A stretch of 61,657 nt of DNA, the filler included, from Sphacelaria rigidula (taxonomy: Eukaryota): NCBI GenBank assembly GCA_964200075.2. It is 9 parts of 9 records of this genome, joined end to end, with 100 filler letters (N's around TTAATTAATTAA, not from the genome) between each part and the next. Parts side by side here need not be neighbours in the genome. Positions count along the whole stretch, not along the records: positions 54,897 to 61,657 come from CAXNAA020018209.1; 8 more parts are not named here. One strand, given 5' to 3'. The notes under the pieces were generated by a model. The model searched no databases, was not told the origin of the DNA, and saw only the letters and a list, made by a program, of their open reading frames with translations. The stretch's first letter is position 1, and every line of letters starts with the position of its first letter. This document shows positions 58,419-61,657 of this stretch, piece after piece. Position numbers and translations under genes: made by a program.

Positions 58419-58636
58419 CTAGAGAGTTTCGGAAAACGCTTTTTTGTCATTTCAGAGTGCATATATCTCAGGACCAGAGTGTAACGAAAAAGTCTATTTC
58501 CCTTCGTTAAATGTGGTATCCCCTTAACGTTTTTTCGATGATGCGCTTTTTTTATTCTGTACTCTGATCCTGAGATATTTCATCTCTGAAATGAAAAAAG
58601 AAGCGTTTTGCGAAACTCCCTATTGTCGCACTCTAG
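58419..58636. mobile_element. MITE-like inverted repeat
   Basis: GAGTTTCGGAAAACGCTT...CATTTCAGAG inverted to CTCTGAAATG...AAGCGTTTTGCGAAACTC. Confidence 0.7.
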
Positions 58637-59341
58637 CTGATCCGCGACGAGTCTACCCGTCGTCACTCATAGTCACGTCTTTGGCACGGAGCCAAGGTAA
58701 TAGGGGGTTTTCATGGAAGCATCCCGGGGAGAGGTGGGTTGATCCCTCGAGACCACGGACTCGTCCCGAGGAAGGGGAGGGGTTCAAAGTGCGACAAATG
58801 TATATATGTATAAATGAATAATAAATAAATAATTATAGTGAATACCACACACTGTCTTGAGCAAAGCTTGCGAATGCTCGAGAGGGTCGTCTTTTCCAGA
58901 TGACTGCGGAGAGGCAGTCTATCCGAGTCTCCGGGCAATCGGCACACGAACCCGCTCGCAGGGTACAACGTGTTGGGTTGGTTTCCCTACTTCCTCCAAG
59001 CAAAAAAAAGGGGGGGAGAGAGAGGGACGTACTGTACCCTAGGTAAACAGGAGGGGAACACTCGCTGGAAGAGACTAGCTCGAGAGAGGGACAAGACGAG
59101 GGAAACAATACAGGGGTGAAAACATACGGGGTAAAGGGAAACAAAAGCAACGGACACACACATCCTGAAAACAAAAATTCAAGGAGAACGACGAAAAAAC
59201 AAGAGAGAAAAAAAACGCGCACACGCAAAAACAAAGTAAAACAAACGTGGGCACAGGTTGCGCGGGTCAGCTATCTCGGAACCAAATTATTCAGCCATGT
59301 TCTGCCACTCACGAGTTTTACAGAAGCACAGCACAAACAAA

Positions 59342-59737
59342 TGTGGGGAATTTAGATGATCCAATCGGATCGCCGAAATTCCCCCACATGTGAGGAAGGC
59401 GTATCGCTAGAGTAGTCAGAGACCTACGGGGGAGACTGACGTTCTGATGCCGAAGGAACTCCGAATCTGGCGATGATGTCCTCTTGTATATGTAGGCAAG
59501 AAGGGGTCAGACGAGAAATGGTCGCCAGAGGCGACCAGTTCCTCGGGGGATATTGGGTCGTCCTAATATTAGGCTCTTCCTGGCATCACCCCGAGTTGTC
59601 TAGTCTCGTTGGTATTACAGGGTTCTCGGTAATCTGGTCCTTCCGGATCGTTCCTACCTTGTCCCTGCTTGCGCTGGTTCTTCATACATGTGTGGCATAA
59701 GTCTCTGATATGTCACTGCAAAGAGGTGTCTTCCACA
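59342..59737 (-). repeat. Probable 3' LTR of the second gypsy (left end 59342 or 59389)
   Basis: Polypurine tract GGAGGGGGGGGAAA then TGTGG at 59737 on the minus strand; CCACA or CACA end candidates. Confidence 0.6.
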
Positions 59738-59989
59738 TTTCCCCCCCCTCCATGCGCCTCAAGCCCATCAGGTCTGTGGTTGATGGGACGAGGCGATCAT
59801 CAGCTTCGCTGATGGTATAATCGTGGAAGTGTCTGTGAGTGACAATCATTGATTGAATCACGCGACTGCTAATCGCAAAGGTAGCCCTTCTGTATACTGC
59901 GGTATTGAGCAAACACCCCCAGTAAATTTCAGCTACCTGTGGTCCGGCACAGTGCATGTATTGCAAACCCTTTAATTTTGGTTTTTTCT

Positions 59990-60835
59990 GTCATGTAGCT
60001 GTGTCATATGTGACATGTTTCCATCAGATGCCTTTGCACTTTGGTGCTAGTTGCATTTGCTGGTATGCATAACTGGGCACTGGGACATTGATCGGTCCAC
60101 GGGCGCCTGGGTTACTTCTACCCGGGTTCGGGGATGCCTTTGGTTCCGCTGACACCGGGGTAGGACTTAGTTCTCGGGTTAATAACAAAGTGGTGTTTGA
60201 TATGTTTTCAACCTTTGAGCATTGTGCTCCTTTGACTAAACACCGTCGACATGACTCTTGCTTCCTGTCATTTCGTGTCATGTAACTGCGTCATGTGTGA
60301 CATATTTTTCATGGGATGCTTTTGCACTTTGGTGCAGGCTGAATCAGTTAGGTAGACATGACTAGGCACTGGGACACCGACCAGTCCACGGGCGCTCGAG
60401 GTATTTATGTCCGGGTTCTGGGATACCTTCGGTTCCACTGACACCGGAGTAGGACAAAGTCCTCGTGTTAGTACCAAAGCGGTGGGTCTGATGTTCATCT
60501 TGCGAGCAGTGTGCTCTTTGGTGTAACGTCGACATGATATTTGCTTCATATCACTTTGTGGCATGTAAGTGTGTCACATGTGATTTCCACGAGATGCCTT
60601 TGCACTTTGGTGCTGGATGCATCTGCTGTTTCTACATGCCTGGGCACTGGGACACTGATCGGTCCAGGGGCGCCTGGGTTATTCATGTTCGGGTTCCGGG
60701 ATGCCTTCGGTTCCGCTGACACCGGAATAGGACAACGCCCTCGTGTTAGGAACAAAGCGGTGGGTATGATGTTTATCATGCGAGCATTGTGCTCTTTGGT
60801 TGAACATCATCGAAATGATGTTTGCTTCTTGTCAG
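59990..60835. repeat. Three diverged ~285-bp tandem units in the gypsy 3' UTR
   Basis: TTTGCACTTTGGTGC...GGCACTGGGACA...GGTTCC.CTGACACCGG recurs near 60033, 60322 and 60599. Confidence 0.9.
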
Positions 60836-61065
60836 CACTACCCCGATTGCTGAGAGGTTATCTTCCTTGGGAAGTTGCACCCCCGTCACCGTTGGCATGT
60901 CAGATATTTTCCCGTTCATGTCTGCATTGTTCTAACGTCGTTTTCTCGTTTCCTTATTTTGTGACTCTCATCAATCTCCGAATTGTGACCCCGGGCTACT
61001 GCTCAACCCTTGAGCTTTTTGCTAGGACGCTCGAACAGTCTGTTGAACAATCACATCCGTTTCCG

Positions 61066-61603
61066 TTACCAGGTATTTTCGGATTTCGATTCCGGATGTG
61101 AGCGCTTTACTAACCCGTTGTGATGACGGTATACATCGAGGAGGTGTCTACCTTGTGGTGTTTCATCAGCTCGGTAGGTTAGGTCAGCTGCTGGGCCGTA
61201 GCTTTTGAGCCTCAACCTACACTTATGGTTATGAAGACTTCCCCGACCTGGCCCTGGAACGTAGACTACCACTTTTTCGACAGCGTAACGTTCTGTTGTA
61301 GGCGACGTTCCGTCTGGTTGGTCTCTCTGGTGGAGGTATCCGTTTGTCTAGGAACAACTCGCTCGATTTATTGACATCTGCTGCGGGTGGCGTTTCCCGC
61401 GAACGATATTTCTTCAAGTGAGCGACATGTACTGATATCTTTCTAGAGTCGTCGCCTATTTTGATTATGTACACAATCGGCGATCGTCTCTCGGTTATCA
61501 TGAAAGGTCCTCCTCATGGTAATTGGAGTTTCGGGTTCGGCCCTTCTGAGTCCTGGTATGGTGGATACATGAGTACCTTTTGACCAGGTTCGAACTCTGG
61601 GAA
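61066..61603 (-). pseudogene. Gypsy integrase C-terminus (GPF motif) plus chromodomain-like tail
   Basis: FEPGQKVLMY...NPKLQLP*GGPFMI...VHVAHLKKY; VEKVV...CRLRLKSYGPAADL. Confidence 0.75.
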
Positions 61604-61657
61604 GACACTTTCAACGATAGCCCCCCCCCAAAAAGTGCATGGTTTTGGGAGGCAAAC
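61604..61657. mobile_element. Start of another GAC..GTC MITE, inserted in the integrase
   Basis: GACACTTTCAACGATAGCCCCCCCCCAAAAAGTGCATGGT matches 48870 onward. Confidence 0.88.

Noticed and set aside
60024..61101. Repeated ORFs in the 285-bp units
   Set aside because: Frames and stops differ between units and no recognisable domain is present.

Overview
This is not one locus. It is nine unrelated eukaryotic contigs of 6763-6761 bp, sorted by decreasing length and joined by 100-bp spacers (N44-TTAATTAATTAA-N44): 1-6763, 6864-13626, 13727-20488, 20589-27350, 27451-34212, 34313-41074, 41175-47935, 48036-54796, 54897-61657. No neighbourhood inference is valid across spacers. Short GT-AG exons in long introns, microsatellites and the gene and TE types suggest a stramenopile, probably a brown alga (inference). 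Retroelements, all decayed: a Ngaro/PAT-type tyrosine-recombinase retrotransposon, a 3'-truncated Ty1/copia, an LTR-to-LTR chromodomain Ty3/gypsy with its RT core deleted, and the 3' end of a second gypsy. Also present are many MITEs (piggyBac-, PIF/Harbinger-, Tc1/mariner-, hAT-like, and an unclassified GAC..GTC family), tRNA-derived SINEs, an initiator-type tRNA-Met gene, and exons of host genes (WDR24-like, choice-of-anchor-I/MSP130-like, glycosyltransferase-like). I found no unambiguous new multi-gene system. The best leads are: the copia PBS matches the anticodon arm of the tRNA-iMet in contig 9 (half-tRNA priming), is mismatched at the wobble base and is triplicated; the gypsy has a palindromic non-tRNA PBS; a 74-bp intronic palindrome is built from a tRNA-like head; and a very abundant ~70-bp two-variant module is unclassified. 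All alignments were done by eye.
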